NCBI GenBank assembly: GCA_963711565.1
Contig: CAVQEQ010000001.1
Span: 480,001 to 544,000 of the forward strand
Length of the DNA: 64,000 nt
From: an uncultured delta proteobacterium
Lineage (GTDB): Bacteria > Desulfobacterota > Binatia > Binatales > Binataceae
Direction: 5' to 3'
In this document: positions 28,454 through 38,507 of the stretch, in pieces
Layout of the letters: every line of letters begins with the position of its first letter
Numbering within the stretch: the stretch's first letter is position 1
Notes under the pieces: model-generated
Databases searched by the model: none
Seen by the model: the letters and a program-made list of their open reading frames with translations, nothing else
Told to the model about the DNA's origin: nothing
Position numbers and translations under genes: made by a program

Positions 28454-28540
28454 GCAACTATCAACCTCCGCAAAAGAATAACCAGATCGAATCAGCTGAA
28501 CATAGCCAGCCGGCAAGAAGGAACCGCAGGCACATCGACT

Positions 28541-28778
28541 TGTCATGGTTACGAAGCAAGCGCACGCGACTCTGTCATCCAACCACGCAAGCATCCGCAC
28601 GATTCTGTCATCTCGACGCGCGAGGATGCGCGCAATTCTGTCCTCCCGACGACGCGAGCATCCGCGCAATTCTGTCATTCCGACGACGGGAGCGAAGCGA
28701 CGGGAGGCATGGCTTCTGGCCTCCGGACAGCTTCGCGCACGCGAAGCCGGTACCGGTTCCGAAATCGCGCAGCGCTCC
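28541..28778. repeat. Degenerate tandem array of four 32-34-bp TGTC(A)T units ending in a family D element
   Basis: Units such as TGTCATCCAACCACGCAAGCATCCGCACGATTC and TGTCATCTCGACGCGCGAGGATGCGCGCAATTC; the tail matches 9770-9871. Confidence 0.75.
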
Positions 28779-28779
28779 T

Positions 28780-30294
28780 TTACGACTTCATCCGCGAGCG
28801 CGGAATTCCCAGCGCCACCATCAACAGCGGACTCTTTCCCGCCGCATGCGGCTCGAAAAATTTCGTCGTGTCGTCGTCATAGAACGTGAGCCCCGTCGCG
28901 CCGCGCCCTAGCGAATACGCCGCCAGGTAAGCGCGCCCGCCAAGAATTCCCGCCTCGAGATGCGCGTCGCCGTAACCGCGATTTCCCAACGCCTTCAGCG
29001 CGCGCTCGAGGTCGGCCATGTAAACGACCAGCGCCGAACAATCCATGCCGAGCGGCTGCTCGAGGCACAGGTAACCCGCCTCGCCGCGGAAGTTCCCTGC
29101 TTTCAGCATCTCGAACGCGCGCGCATGCCGATTGTAGTAGTACGCGCCGGCTTCCATTCCATCGGCTGCGTTGACGATTAGATAAGTGTCTGTGAGCGCC
29201 GGAAAGTCGGCCTGCGGATGCTCGCTCGAAGCGGCCATGATCGTCGCGAGTTCTTCGGCGGTGATCGCTTCCTGCGCAAATGCGCGCGACGATCCGCGCC
29301 GCAGTATCGTCTCGCCCAATCCCGCCGACTCCTCCGACGTTATCGTCTCAAGATGAAGTGCGTTCGCGCTCGACGAATGCTGAACTGAATCCATCTTCGC
29401 CGCGGACACCGCCGCTACTTCCTCGACGGTCACCAGCTGCGACTCGTGATGTATCTTCACCAGCTCGGGGTACGCGACCTCGTTCGACGAAAGCGGAATA
29501 GTCTCCATCGTCAACGGCTCGCACGGCGGCGACGGCGCCGCGGGTTCGTCGGTGTGTCCGAGCGCGACCAGCGCGATCATCCCCTCGCGTTCGCCGTCGA
29601 TTCCGAGGATAGCTTCGAGCGCCGGATCCCCGAATGCGGTGATCACCTCCGCGGAAATTTCCTCGGCCGCCGCCGCTGCCAGCAGATTCGCGAGGATCGT
29701 TCCCGCATCCCAGTAGCAATACCGATACGCCCGCGCCCGATACTTCCATTCGCTGCGCCAGTAAATCGCCGACATCGCGATCACCGCGCGTGCGCGCAAA
29801 ATCGAGGGACGCTTCGCCGCCGCATCCGCAATGTAACCGCGCCAGTCGCCGCGACGCAGTCCGGCCATCCGCAAATCCGCCGGCGAGAAATGGTAAAGGC
29901 CGGTCTCTAATCCCTCCACGTCGCTCGCCGCAACATAAATCTCGATTGGATAGAGCGCGCCCGCCGACGCCGCCGCGCGAAAATGATAGTCGTCCGCGCC
30001 CATCCGCTTGTGCCGCGTCAGGCCGTCGGCACAAAACAGGATGCGCGTGAGCGCGGCCGTCTCGATCGGCGCGGAAAAATCCGCCGGCACGTACGACGAC
30101 AGCGCCGCCAGCGTGGGCGTCGAGGAAAGATTCAGATCGCGCGGCAACGCGACCGATGCGGCGCCGGGATAAATTTTGTACGGGAGCGGTTTGTTGTCCC
30201 AGTCGAGAAAATGCGGCGACGATCGCACGCTGGTGTACGAATGCTTCGTGATTTCGTGAAACACGCGTGCCGCTTCAATGTAATCGTTGCCCAA
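28780..30294 (-). CDS. SagB/ThcOx-type nitroreductase-family protein with two tandem domains
   Basis: FHEITKHS, RAAASAGALYPIEIY, KYRARAYR..DAG, a second domain RRGSSRAF..EAG..GATGLTFYDD. Confidence 0.88.
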   Translation of the reverse strand: MGNDYIEAARVFHEITKHSYTSVRSSPHFLDWDNKPLPYKIYPGAASVALPRDLNLSSTPTLAALSSYVPADFSAPIETAALTRILFCADGLTRHKRMGADDYHFRAAASAGALYPIEIYVAASDVEGLETGLYHFSPADLRMAGLRRGDWRGYIADAAAKRPSILRARAVIAMSAIYWRSEWKYRARAYRYCYWDAGTILANLLAAAAAEEISAEVITAFGDPALEAILGIDGEREGMIALVALGHTDEPAAPSPPCEPLTMETIPLSSNEVAYPELVKIHHESQLVTVEEVAAVSAAKMDSVQHSSSANALHLETITSEESAGLGETILRRGSSRAFAQEAITAEELATIMAASSEHPQADFPALTDTYLIVNAADGMEAGAYYYNRHARAFEMLKAGNFRGEAGYLCLEQPLGMDCSALVVYMADLERALKALGNRGYGDAHLEAGILGGRAYLAAYSLGRGATGLTFYDDDTTKFFEPHAAGKSPLLMVALGIPRSRMKS

Positions 30295-30395
30295 CTCCTC
30301 ACTCCTGCGAACACATACCGATCGTTCAAATTGACAGAGTCGCCGCCGGGCGTGCTATACGAATTTCCAGCCACCCTGCTCTTCGGGAGATTATC

Positions 30396-31322
30396 ATGGC
30401 GGATAAGCTTACGCCTTCTGACGTGAAAGGAGCGTTCGAGAAGCTCAGCAACTGGGGCCGCTGGGGCAAGGACGACCAGCGCGGCGCGCTGAACTTTATC
30501 ACCAATCAGAAACGCGCCGCCGCCGCTCGCCTCGTGCAAACCGGCGAGAGCGTCTCGATGGCGCTGCCGCTCGCGACTATCGCCGCCGCTGACAACCCCA
30601 CTCCGGTTACGCACCTGATGGTGCAGGCGGGGCACGACTCGCACGAAGAGGCTCTCCCCTACGCCGGCGATTACTTCGCGATCGCGCCGCACGGCATGGC
30701 GAACACGCATATCGACGCGCTCTGCCACGTGTTCTGGCAGAACAAAATGTACAACGGCTTCGACGCCAGCGAAGTCGGCTCGCACGGCGCCAAAAAATGC
30801 GCGATCAACGTCACGCGCGCCGGCATCGTCAGCCGCGGCGTCCTGCTCGATATTCCACGTCTCAAAAAAATCGAATGGATGGAGCCGGGACAAAAAATCC
30901 TGCCCGAGGATCTCGACGCTGCTGAGAAAGCGCAGAAGGTTCACGTCGAAGAAGGCGACGTGCTGATGATCCGCACCGGCCGCGCCACGATGCGCAAAGT
31001 CAAAGGCGGATGGGATCCCATGCGGGTCGGCCTCCCCGGCCTCGACGCCGCGTGCCTGCCATGGCTCCACGAGCGGCGTATCGCCGTGCTCGGCTCCGAT
31101 GCGGTCAGCGACGTCGTGCCCAGCGGCTACGACGGCATCCCGCTGCCAATTCACGTCGGCACGCTGGTCGCGATGGGTATCCATCTAATCGACAACATGG
31201 ACCTCGACGCGGTGTCGTCTGCCTCCGCCGGCCTTGGCCGCAACGAGTTCATGTTCTCGATGGCGCCGTTGATCCTCGAGCGCGGCACCGCGTCGCCGGT
31301 AAACCCGCTCGCTATCTTTTGA
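30396..31322 (+). CDS. Cyclase-family metal hydrolase (kynurenine formamidase-like)
   Basis: NWGRWGKDDQRG, HGMANTHIDALCH, GVLLD, GSD and GTASPVNP. Confidence 0.9.
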   Translation: MADKLTPSDVKGAFEKLSNWGRWGKDDQRGALNFITNQKRAAAARLVQTGESVSMALPLATIAAADNPTPVTHLMVQAGHDSHEEALPYAGDYFAIAPHGMANTHIDALCHVFWQNKMYNGFDASEVGSHGAKKCAINVTRAGIVSRGVLLDIPRLKKIEWMEPGQKILPEDLDAAEKAQKVHVEEGDVLMIRTGRATMRKVKGGWDPMRVGLPGLDAACLPWLHERRIAVLGSDAVSDVVPSGYDGIPLPIHVGTLVAMGIHLIDNMDLDAVSSASAGLGRNEFMFSMAPLILERGTASPVNPLAIF

Positions 31323-31340
31323 CTATTACAGGTGATGCCA

Positions 31341-32540
31341 ATGAAGACCGAAGAAATGATTATCGATTGCGATGGACATATCCTCGAACCGCCCGACCTC
31401 TGGGAGAAATACATCGACCCGAAGTATCGCGACCGCGCGATGCGCATTCGTGTCGGCGACGACGGCTTCGAGTATCTCGAAATAGATCGCAAGCGCGCGA
31501 AGATGACAGCGCCCGGCCTGCTCGGCTCGCTCGGCGGCATGGGCAAGAAGGTCGAGGACGCGCGCAAACTCCGCGAGAGCGCGATGCGTGGCGACGCCAA
31601 GCCCGAGCAGGTGCGGATGCTCGCGCCGAAACCCGAGAACACCTACCTCAAGGGCGCCGCCTTCGGCACCATGGTGATGAAGGAGCGGCTCGAGCTGCTC
31701 AACCAGGAAGGGATGGCGAAGTCGATTCTCTATCCCACGATCGGGCTGCTGTGGGAGGCCGAACTTTTCGACGCCGAACTCTCGGCCGCATACTGCCGCG
31801 CCTACAACCGCTGGATCGCCGACTTCTGCCGCGACTCCGGCGGACGCTTGATCCCGATTGCGCATCTTTCGCTCGGCGATCCTGCCGAAGCAGCGCGCGA
31901 ACTCGAGCGCGCGGTTAAGGACGGATGCAAAGGCGCCTTCGTCTGCCCCTTCACCATCACGCGAGTTCCGCACGGCGACCCGCACCACGACGCCGTCTTC
32001 GCCGCGGCGCAGGATCTCGGCGTCCCGCTCGCGATTCATCCGACCTTCGAGCCCGCCGGCTTCGGCATCCACCATCGCTACGACAATTTCGCCTGGGCCG
32101 CGTGGTATTACGATCTGTTCGCGGGCCAGGGCGTGCAGCACGCCTTCGGCACGCTCTTCCAGTTCGGCGTCTTCGACCGCTTCCCGAAGCTGCGCGTCGT
32201 CGTGCTCGAATCGCAGGCCGGATGGATCGGCTACTTCCTCGATCGCGGCGACGCCATCTTCAACGGCACCACGCTCGGCGCGACAGTCCGCCTCAAGGAG
32301 AAGCCGTCGTACTACTTCAAGCGCCAATGCTACATCTCGGCCGACCCCGACGAACGCACTATCGCGGCGATGATGGAAATTGTCGGCGAGGACAAATTCT
32401 TCTGGGCCACCGACTATCCGCATCCCGACCATCCCGGAAACTATCTGGAGGAGCTGAAGGGCATGATCGCGCCGATGAAGGAGTCGGGACGCCGCGGCAT
32501 TCTCGGCGAGAACGTCGCCCGCGCATACCAACTCATGTAG
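31341..32540 (+). CDS. Amidohydrolase family protein (Amidohydro_2)
   Basis: DCDGH, YN.WIADFC, LAIHP, VLES.AGW and ATDYPHPD. Confidence 0.9.
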   Translation: MKTEEMIIDCDGHILEPPDLWEKYIDPKYRDRAMRIRVGDDGFEYLEIDRKRAKMTAPGLLGSLGGMGKKVEDARKLRESAMRGDAKPEQVRMLAPKPENTYLKGAAFGTMVMKERLELLNQEGMAKSILYPTIGLLWEAELFDAELSAAYCRAYNRWIADFCRDSGGRLIPIAHLSLGDPAEAARELERAVKDGCKGAFVCPFTITRVPHGDPHHDAVFAAAQDLGVPLAIHPTFEPAGFGIHHRYDNFAWAAWYYDLFAGQGVQHAFGTLFQFGVFDRFPKLRVVVLESQAGWIGYFLDRGDAIFNGTTLGATVRLKEKPSYYFKRQCYISADPDERTIAAMMEIVGEDKFFWATDYPHPDHPGNYLEELKGMIAPMKESGRRGILGENVARAYQLM

Positions 32541-32642
32541 CCGGCATCAAAACCTGCTATCCACTTCCAGCGCCCGTCGCGGCTATGCTGTACTGCGCCG
32601 GATCGCAGTCTATACTCGACCATCCGTCCGCTGGAGGAACCT

Positions 32643-33191
32643 ATGCCGCGTCCGATCCGGATTTACCGCTCACTAACTTCGCCCGCCGCCGTTGCCGTGC
32701 TCGCGACCTTGCTCGCATACGCGACATCTTCCTGCAACTCGCAGTCGTTCCAATATGCGCCCGAGCCCTCGATGCCGACGCCGCCGCCCGCGCCCGTGCA
32801 GGCGCCTCCACCGCCGATGAACGTCGCGCGTTTGCTCAACGGAAACTGGATGGCCACCTATCCGGGCGGTCCGCTGCGAGTGGTCATCGGTCTCGACCAG
32901 ATGCTCCGCGGCCGCAACTACGTCGCGACTATGGTCGATGGCAACAAATACATTCCGGCAGGCCAGGTAGTATGGAAAGGAACACTCGATCAGAACGTGC
33001 CGGGCATTGTGAAGGCTGATCAGATTTGCGCCGATCATGGATTCCAGGGTGCGCGATGGGTCCAGGCACGAATCATCGTCAGCGACGCGAGCAATTTCCG
33101 CGAAGAGCTCGTCGATCCCACCTCATGCCACGGCTTCCCCGTGAAATTCACCCGCGTCGGCCCCGCACCGACATCGCCAGTCACGGATTAA
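32643..33191 (+). CDS. Hypothetical lipoprotein
   Basis: Hydrophobic leader ending in TSSC, a Pro-rich linker and two further Cys; GGAGG RBS. Confidence 0.65.
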   Translation: MPRPIRIYRSLTSPAAVAVLATLLAYATSSCNSQSFQYAPEPSMPTPPPAPVQAPPPPMNVARLLNGNWMATYPGGPLRVVIGLDQMLRGRNYVATMVDGNKYIPAGQVVWKGTLDQNVPGIVKADQICADHGFQGARWVQARIIVSDASNFREELVDPTSCHGFPVKFTRVGPAPTSPVTD

Positions 33192-33199
33192 GGCGCAAA

Positions 33200-33236
33200 A
33201 ATGAAAGGCCGCCCCAGTTGGGACGGCCCTCTCTTC
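33200..33236. terminator. Probable bidirectional intrinsic terminator
   Basis: GGCCG-CCC..GGG-ACGGCC hairpin flanked by A-rich and pyrimidine-rich tracts, between convergent genes. Confidence 0.55.
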
Positions 33237-33253
33237 TCCAATTGCAGCTCCGC

Positions 33254-34447
33254 CTAGACCAGCATCCCGGCCTGCACGACTGTCGGTCCATCATGCTTCG
33301 GAATCTTCGGCTCGGGCTTGCGCTTCATCGCCTTCTCGAGGATCGGCGCGATACGCTCGGCCTTCTGATGCGCGCGCTTCGGCTCGCGCTCCTTGAACTC
33401 CGGCAGCACTTTCTCCGCGAACAGGTTGAGCGACGAGCAGATATCCTCGTGCTTGTTGTTGCCCGCCTGCGAGATGAACACGACCTGGTCAACGCCGGCT
33501 TCCTCGAACTCGCGCAGCCGCGTGCGAATCTCGTCCGGCGATCCCACGCATGAGTTCGTCCCGTCCATGCCCGGCAACGTAAACGGGCTGGCTTTGAAAT
33601 TATTCCAGATATTCGTCTTACCCGGCTCGTGCTTGCCGAACGCATAGTGATGGCCGAGCGCGTACGAGAAAAACTTCAGCCCCTCTTCGCCCATCTTGTG
33701 CGCCAGCTCGGCATTCTGATCGCACATGAAGCCGGTGACGATCGCGATATTCGCATTGACCGCGTATCCGATCGGCTCGCACTCGTTCTCGAGCGTCGTG
33801 TAGTAATCGTTGACCCAGGTCCGCGCCTCTTCCGGCGAGACGAACGCGAACGTCAGCGCGCCGATTCCCAGCTTCGCCGCCAGATGAATTGTCTCGCGCC
33901 GCGAGCATGCGACCCACAGCGGCGGATGCGGTTTCTGCGCCGGCTTCGGCACCACGTTGCGCACCGGCATCGAGAAGTACTTGCCCTCATGCCCCTGGAA
34001 CGGATCCTCGACGAACATCCGCGCAATCGCCCCGAGCGACTCCTGCCACATCTCGCGCTTGTCCGCGCGCGGGATGCGAAACCCGCCGAGCTCCAGCTCC
34101 GCCGACGATTCGCCGGTGCCGAACTCGACCCGTCCGCCGCTCACCAAATCGAGCGTCGCGATCCGTTCCGCCACGCGCGCCGGATGGTTGTACCCCGGCG
34201 GCAGCAGCACGATTCCGTGACCGAGACGAATCTGCTTCGTCCGCTGACTGGCCGCCGCCAGAAAAATCTCGGGTGCCGACGAATGCGCGTATTCCTCGAG
34301 AAAGTGATGCTCGACTTCCCACATGTGGTCGATGCCGAGCTTGTCCGCGAGCTCGACCTGGTCGAGCGCGTCCTTGAACAGCTTCAGCTCCGCGCCCTCC
34401 TGCCACGGCCGCGGCAGCTGATGCTCATAAAAAGTTCCCAACTTCAT
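33254..34447 (-). CDS. Luciferase-like (LLM) flavin-dependent oxidoreductase
   Basis: WEVEHH, HPARVAERIATLDLVSGGRVEFGTG and PKPAQKPHPP. Confidence 0.92.
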   Translation of the reverse strand: MKLGTFYEHQLPRPWQEGAELKLFKDALDQVELADKLGIDHMWEVEHHFLEEYAHSSAPEIFLAAASQRTKQIRLGHGIVLLPPGYNHPARVAERIATLDLVSGGRVEFGTGESSAELELGGFRIPRADKREMWQESLGAIARMFVEDPFQGHEGKYFSMPVRNVVPKPAQKPHPPLWVACSRRETIHLAAKLGIGALTFAFVSPEEARTWVNDYYTTLENECEPIGYAVNANIAIVTGFMCDQNAELAHKMGEEGLKFFSYALGHHYAFGKHEPGKTNIWNNFKASPFTLPGMDGTNSCVGSPDEIRTRLREFEEAGVDQVVFISQAGNNKHEDICSSLNLFAEKVLPEFKEREPKRAHQKAERIAPILEKAMKRKPEPKIPKHDGPTVVQAGMLV

Positions 34448-34491
34448 ATCGCGATCCTCTCCTTAAGTTCTTCTGTCTGTTCTTTTCTGCT

Positions 34492-34596
34492 CCCCCTTTC
34501 CATCATGGAAAGGGGGTTGGGGGGATAGGACGCCATGGTCCTCGTCTCAGGTTCCCCTTCCCCATTCCTTCTGGGGAAGGGGCCAGGGGTTAGGGT
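34492..34596. repeat. Two family B-like palindromes
   Basis: CCCCCTTTCCAT..ATGGAAAGGGGG and CCCCTTCCCC..GGGGAAGGGGCCAGGGGTTAGGG. Confidence 0.75.
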
Positions 34597-34630
34597 TCCG
34601 TTCCTCACCTCGTTCGCGAAACATCGCGCA

Positions 34631-35326
34631 TCATTGTCCCGACGGCTCCTGCGGCGTCGTAAACAGCGTGCGCTCGACCATGTCGATCACTTCGCGCTTG
34701 CGCCGCTCGATCATCGCCGGCTCGAGCAGGTTCATGCTCCACAGCCGCCGGATCATCGCCGCCGTCGTGAAGTAGCCGATCGTGATCGAGTTGAGACTCC
34801 ACATGAAATGCAGCGGATCGACTTCGGCGCGGAACTCGCCGTCGCGCTGTCCGCGAAAAATAAAATTCACCGCAGTCGAGAACAGCGGCGGCAGCCTGCG
34901 CTTGAGCACTTGCCGCCCGACCCCGCTTTCGTCGGCCATCTCTTTCCACATGATTCGCACGAAATCCGGATGGCTCGCGATAAAATCGATCGTGTCGCCG
35001 ACCGCCTGCCGCATCCGCTCCTGCCGGCTCTCGCGCCCCCACGCGATCGCATTGGCCGCGTCCTCGAGACTCTCAAACATCTTGTCGAGCACCGCGAGGT
35101 AGAGCTGCTGCTTCGACGGAAAATGGTGCAGCAGCGAAGGCGCCTTAATCCCGATCCTCTTCGCGATATCGCGCAAGCTGGTCCCGCGATACCCGCGCTC
35201 GGCAAACAACGCCTGCGCCACCTGCAACACACGATCCCGCGTATCAGTAGGCCGCCGCAAATCAACGACCTTGCCGCTGGCGCGCGCCCCGGAATTTTTA
35301 GAAGTGTTCCGCACTATGCCCGCCAA
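34631..35326 (-). CDS. TetR-family transcriptional regulator
   Basis: LFAERGYRGTSLRDIAKRIGIKAPSLLHHFPSK HTH. Start uncertain. Confidence 0.92.
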   Translation of the reverse strand: MAGIVRNTSKNSGARASGKVVDLRRPTDTRDRVLQVAQALFAERGYRGTSLRDIAKRIGIKAPSLLHHFPSKQQLYLAVLDKMFESLEDAANAIAWGRESRQERMRQAVGDTIDFIASHPDFVRIMWKEMADESGVGRQVLKRRLPPLFSTAVNFIFRGQRDGEFRAEVDPLHFMWSLNSITIGYFTTAAMIRRLWSMNLLEPAMIERRKREVIDMVERTLFTTPQEPSGQ

Positions 35327-35335
35327 AAAATCTAT

Positions 35336-35349
35336 CTAACGCCTGTTAG
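35336..35349. promoter_or_regulatory. Candidate TetR operator
   Basis: CTAAC-GCCT-GTTAG palindrome immediately upstream of the TetR gene, in the divergent intergenic region. Confidence 0.5.
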
Positions 35350-35514
35350 GGAGTCAAACCGCGCCCCGCCGGCTACCTATGTTCGGTATCGCTTTCTAAT
35401 TCCGGCCTCATCGTAGTAAGTTTCGTCCACGGAATAGAGCAGGAATCTATGGAAGCGCTGTTTCTCCCATAAACCCTTTCGCGAAAGCCGCGCTTCGCGG
35501 ATTTCGCGACTTCA

Positions 35515-35540
35515 CACTGGGTGCAGGGGTCACCCCTGCC
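35515..35540. repeat. Repeat family C, copy 1
   Basis: CACTGGGTGCAGGGGTCACCCCTGCC, identical at 51303 and inverted at 53961-53986. Confidence 0.85.
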
Positions 35541-35559
35541 GCCCACCGCGCAGGTGATT

Positions 35560-36978
35560 ATGTCCCCGATGAGCGAACTGTATTGGAAGCCGGCCCACGA
35601 ACTCGCCACGATGATTCGCAAGCGCGAACTCAAGCCCAGCGAGTTGATGGACGTGACGATCAAGCGCATCGAGCAGACCAACTCGAAGCTCAACGCCTTT
35701 GTCGCCCTGCGCGCCGACGCCGCCATGAAAGAGGCGCGTGCGCTCGACGAGAAGATCGCGCGCGGCGACAAAGTCGGGACGCTTGCCGGGTTGCCGCTCG
35801 GCGTCAAGGACCTCGAGGATACGGTCGGCCTCGTCAATAGCCATGGGTCGAAGCCGTTCAAGGACAACATCTCCACGACGGATTCGATCCAGGTTGCGCG
35901 CCTCAAGGCGGCCGGCGCGATCGTGATCGGCAAGACCAACGCGCCCGAGTTCGGCTACACCGCCTTCACCAAGAATCTGCTGTTCGGGCCGACGCGCAAT
36001 CCGTGGAATCTCGAGCGCACGCCCGGCGGCTCGTCGGGCGGTACATCGGCCGCAATCGCGGCCGGCCTCGTGCCCATCTCGACCGGCTCCGATGGCGGCG
36101 GCTCGGTGCGAATCCCCGCGTGTTACACCGGATGCTACGGGTTGAAGCCGACCTACGGCCGCGTTCCGAACGACCCGACGCTCGGGATGCAACAATGGAA
36201 CGACACTTCCGTGCACGGCCCGATCGTCCGCACGGTGCGCGACGCCGCGATCTTCATGGATGCGGTCGTCGGCTATCATCCCGCCGATCCCGATTCGATT
36301 CCGCATCCGGGAATTTCCTACGCCGCTATTCTCGAGGGTCTGCCGAAAAAACTGCGCATCGCGTTTCATCCCGACTTCGGCCATCTCGTGCAGACCAACG
36401 TCGCTCGCGAAATCGCGAAGGCCGCCGCCGTCTTCAAGGACCTCGGCCACAGCGTGACGACGATCGACGACCCTGTCCCCGACACGGGCCGCGCGTGGAT
36501 GCAGGTAGGCGCGGGGCAGGGCTATGCGATGCTGCATGAATACCTCGACAAGCATCGCGGCGACTTCGGTCGCGCATTCGCGGAGGGCACCGAAGCCGCG
36601 GTTCGCGTCACATGGAAGCACATGGGCGAGGCGTATCGGCGCCGCACCGAGTTCAACGAATGGTGCCGGCGCGTGTTCGAGCGTTTCGATCTGCTGCTAT
36701 GCCCGGTGCTGCCGACCGAGGCGTTTCCCGCCAAGGGTCCGATGCCGACAGAGATCAACGGCCATCCGCTCAAGCATCCGCTCGACGCCGTCGTCTTCAC
36801 CTATCCGTTCAACATGAGTGGTCATCCCGCGGCGTCGGTGCGCGCCGGCCTGACGGATTCCGGCCTGCCATGCGGCCTGCAAATCGTCGCCGAGCGCTGG
36901 CGTGAGGATCTCGTCCTGCAAGCATCATACGCCTACGAACAAGCGCGCCCATGGAACAACAACTGGCCCAAGATTTAA
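35560..36978 (+). CDS. Amidase signature family enzyme
   Basis: GVKD, GKTN, GGSSGG and GSDGGGSVRIPA. Confidence 0.93.
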   Translation: MSPMSELYWKPAHELATMIRKRELKPSELMDVTIKRIEQTNSKLNAFVALRADAAMKEARALDEKIARGDKVGTLAGLPLGVKDLEDTVGLVNSHGSKPFKDNISTTDSIQVARLKAAGAIVIGKTNAPEFGYTAFTKNLLFGPTRNPWNLERTPGGSSGGTSAAIAAGLVPISTGSDGGGSVRIPACYTGCYGLKPTYGRVPNDPTLGMQQWNDTSVHGPIVRTVRDAAIFMDAVVGYHPADPDSIPHPGISYAAILEGLPKKLRIAFHPDFGHLVQTNVAREIAKAAAVFKDLGHSVTTIDDPVPDTGRAWMQVGAGQGYAMLHEYLDKHRGDFGRAFAEGTEAAVRVTWKHMGEAYRRRTEFNEWCRRVFERFDLLLCPVLPTEAFPAKGPMPTEINGHPLKHPLDAVVFTYPFNMSGHPAASVRAGLTDSGLPCGLQIVAERWREDLVLQASYAYEQARPWNNNWPKI

Positions 36979-37053
36979 TTTTTTCGATCCCACCATGGGA
37001 AGGGGTTAGGGGTTAGGTTAGCCTTCAACATCAGACTCTATAGGAGACACACG

Positions 37054-37488
37054 ATGCCTGAGTTCAACGAAAAAGCGATGCGCGCGTTCAACGACAAACT
37101 GATCGAAGAGTTCCGCGCCAACGGCGGCAAAGTCCTGAGCGGCCCGTTCGTCAACGCCCCCTTGCTGCTGCTGACGACCACCGGCGCGAAAAGCGGCAAG
37201 CCCTTCACTACTCCGCTGGTCTATACCAAGGACGGCAATCGAATCGTGATCATCGCCTCAAAGGGCGGCTTCCCGACGAACCCAGCGTGGTTCCACAATC
37301 TCAAGGCTCATCCGACGACGACGCTCGAGATCGGCAAGGAAAAATTCCAGGCCAAAGCCACCATCACCAAGGATCCCGAACGCCAGCGCCTGTTCGACGC
37401 CCAGGCCAAGGTGATGCCGAACTTTAACGAGTATCAGAAGAACACGACGCGTCAGATTCCGGTGATAGTGCTGGACCGCATTTCCTAG
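37054..37488 (+). CDS. Deazaflavin (F420)-dependent nitroreductase family (Ddn-like)
   Basis: EFRANGG, LLLTTTGAKSG, ASKGG..P.WFHNL and YQKNTTRQIP. Confidence 0.92.
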   Translation: MPEFNEKAMRAFNDKLIEEFRANGGKVLSGPFVNAPLLLLTTTGAKSGKPFTTPLVYTKDGNRIVIIASKGGFPTNPAWFHNLKAHPTTTLEIGKEKFQAKATITKDPERQRLFDAQAKVMPNFNEYQKNTTRQIPVIVLDRIS

Positions 37489-37531
37489 CCTCTCCTTGTC
37501 CGAGAGAGCTTCGCATAACAGCACCGCGCTT

Positions 37532-37743
37532 CTTCCCCTCTCCCAGAATGGGAGAGGATCGAAGGTGAGGGTCCTTATGCAGCGCGCGTTCTTGCGCGCG
37601 CGATTCAAGATTCTGGTGTGGGACCGGGTGTGTCCACCGAGGTTATGCAACCCTCTCCTGACAGGGAGAGGATGAAGAGTCCTTATACAGCGCGCATCCT
37701 TTGTTCCCCTCTCTCCTGAAGGGAGAGGGGTTAGGGGTGAGGT
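37532..37743. repeat. Composite of three family B units
   Basis: CCCCTCTCCCAGAATGGGAGAGG, CCCTCTCCTGACAGGGAGAGG and CCCCTCTCTCCTGAAGGGAGAGGGGTTAGGGGTGAGG. Confidence 0.85.
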
Positions 37744-37825
37744 GCAGCGCCAGACGAGGCAACCATAGCCGACTGATTTCGTAGCCATCTGTTCGACGCC
37801 CAAGCCAAACGCATGTAGCAACCTC

Positions 37826-38503
37826 TCACGTCGCCGAAATATGTCTGCACAGCAGCTCGGCCAGCAGAGCATACACTCTCCTATTCACCGCCAGCCCGCC
37901 GTGCGATCCTCGCACCTCGATATTCTCGGCATGACTCTCGCGCGCCCGCGGCTCATACGGGAGATCCGCGGCGACGTAAATCGACGTGATCGCGACCGAA
38001 GGCGGAATCGTCCCACCCGCAAAGCTGAGCGGCGCTCCGAGCATGATCAGGCGTCGAACCGCATTCGGCCTGCGCTGCGCAATCGAGCGCGCTTGCAGAC
38101 CGCCCAGGCTGTGACCGATCAACGTCACTCGATGGCCGATGCCGCGGAATTCGTCTTCTGCCTCGCGCCCGATTTCCTCGACGATTTCCTCCGACCACCC
38201 CGAATTGAAATCCAGCCCTGATTTCACCGCGCGATAGCCCATGCGTTCGATCCAGTTGCGCATCACGGCGAAGTGAATGTCGCCGGCGCCGTATCCCGGA
38301 ATTACAAGTACCGAACGCCCATCGCCGCGGCGCACCTTCGATCCCCAAAAGACCGGGCTCGCGACAAGTCCCGCCACCTCGGCCGCCGCGACCGCGTATT
38401 CCGTGCTGCCGGCAATACGGCGGCGCCAGCCGCGCGGGCGCGCCGCGATGAGTTCGTTTATCCCGAGCTCCTGCGGTATAGAGGACTGAGTAGTCGGAGT
38501 CAT
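37826..38503 (-). CDS. Alpha/beta hydrolase (lipase/esterase-like)
   Basis: VIPGY, GHSLGG and EVRGSHGG. Confidence 0.8.
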   Translation of the reverse strand: MTPTTQSSIPQELGINELIAARPRGWRRRIAGSTEYAVAAAEVAGLVASPVFWGSKVRRGDGRSVLVIPGYGAGDIHFAVMRNWIERMGYRAVKSGLDFNSGWSEEIVEEIGREAEDEFRGIGHRVTLIGHSLGGLQARSIAQRRPNAVRRLIMLGAPLSFAGGTIPPSVAITSIYVAADLPYEPRARESHAENIEVRGSHGGLAVNRRVYALLAELLCRHISAT

Positions 38504-38507
38504 CACG

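Noticed and set aside
28541-28700. Possible CRISPR array
   Set aside because: The units are contiguous and degenerate with no identical repeat plus unique spacer alternation, and no cas genes are present.
28780-33191. RiPP (azole peptide) biosynthetic cluster around the SagB-like gene
   Set aside because: No YcaO, no Cys/Ser/Thr-rich precursor and no dedicated exporter; the neighbours are generic hydrolases.
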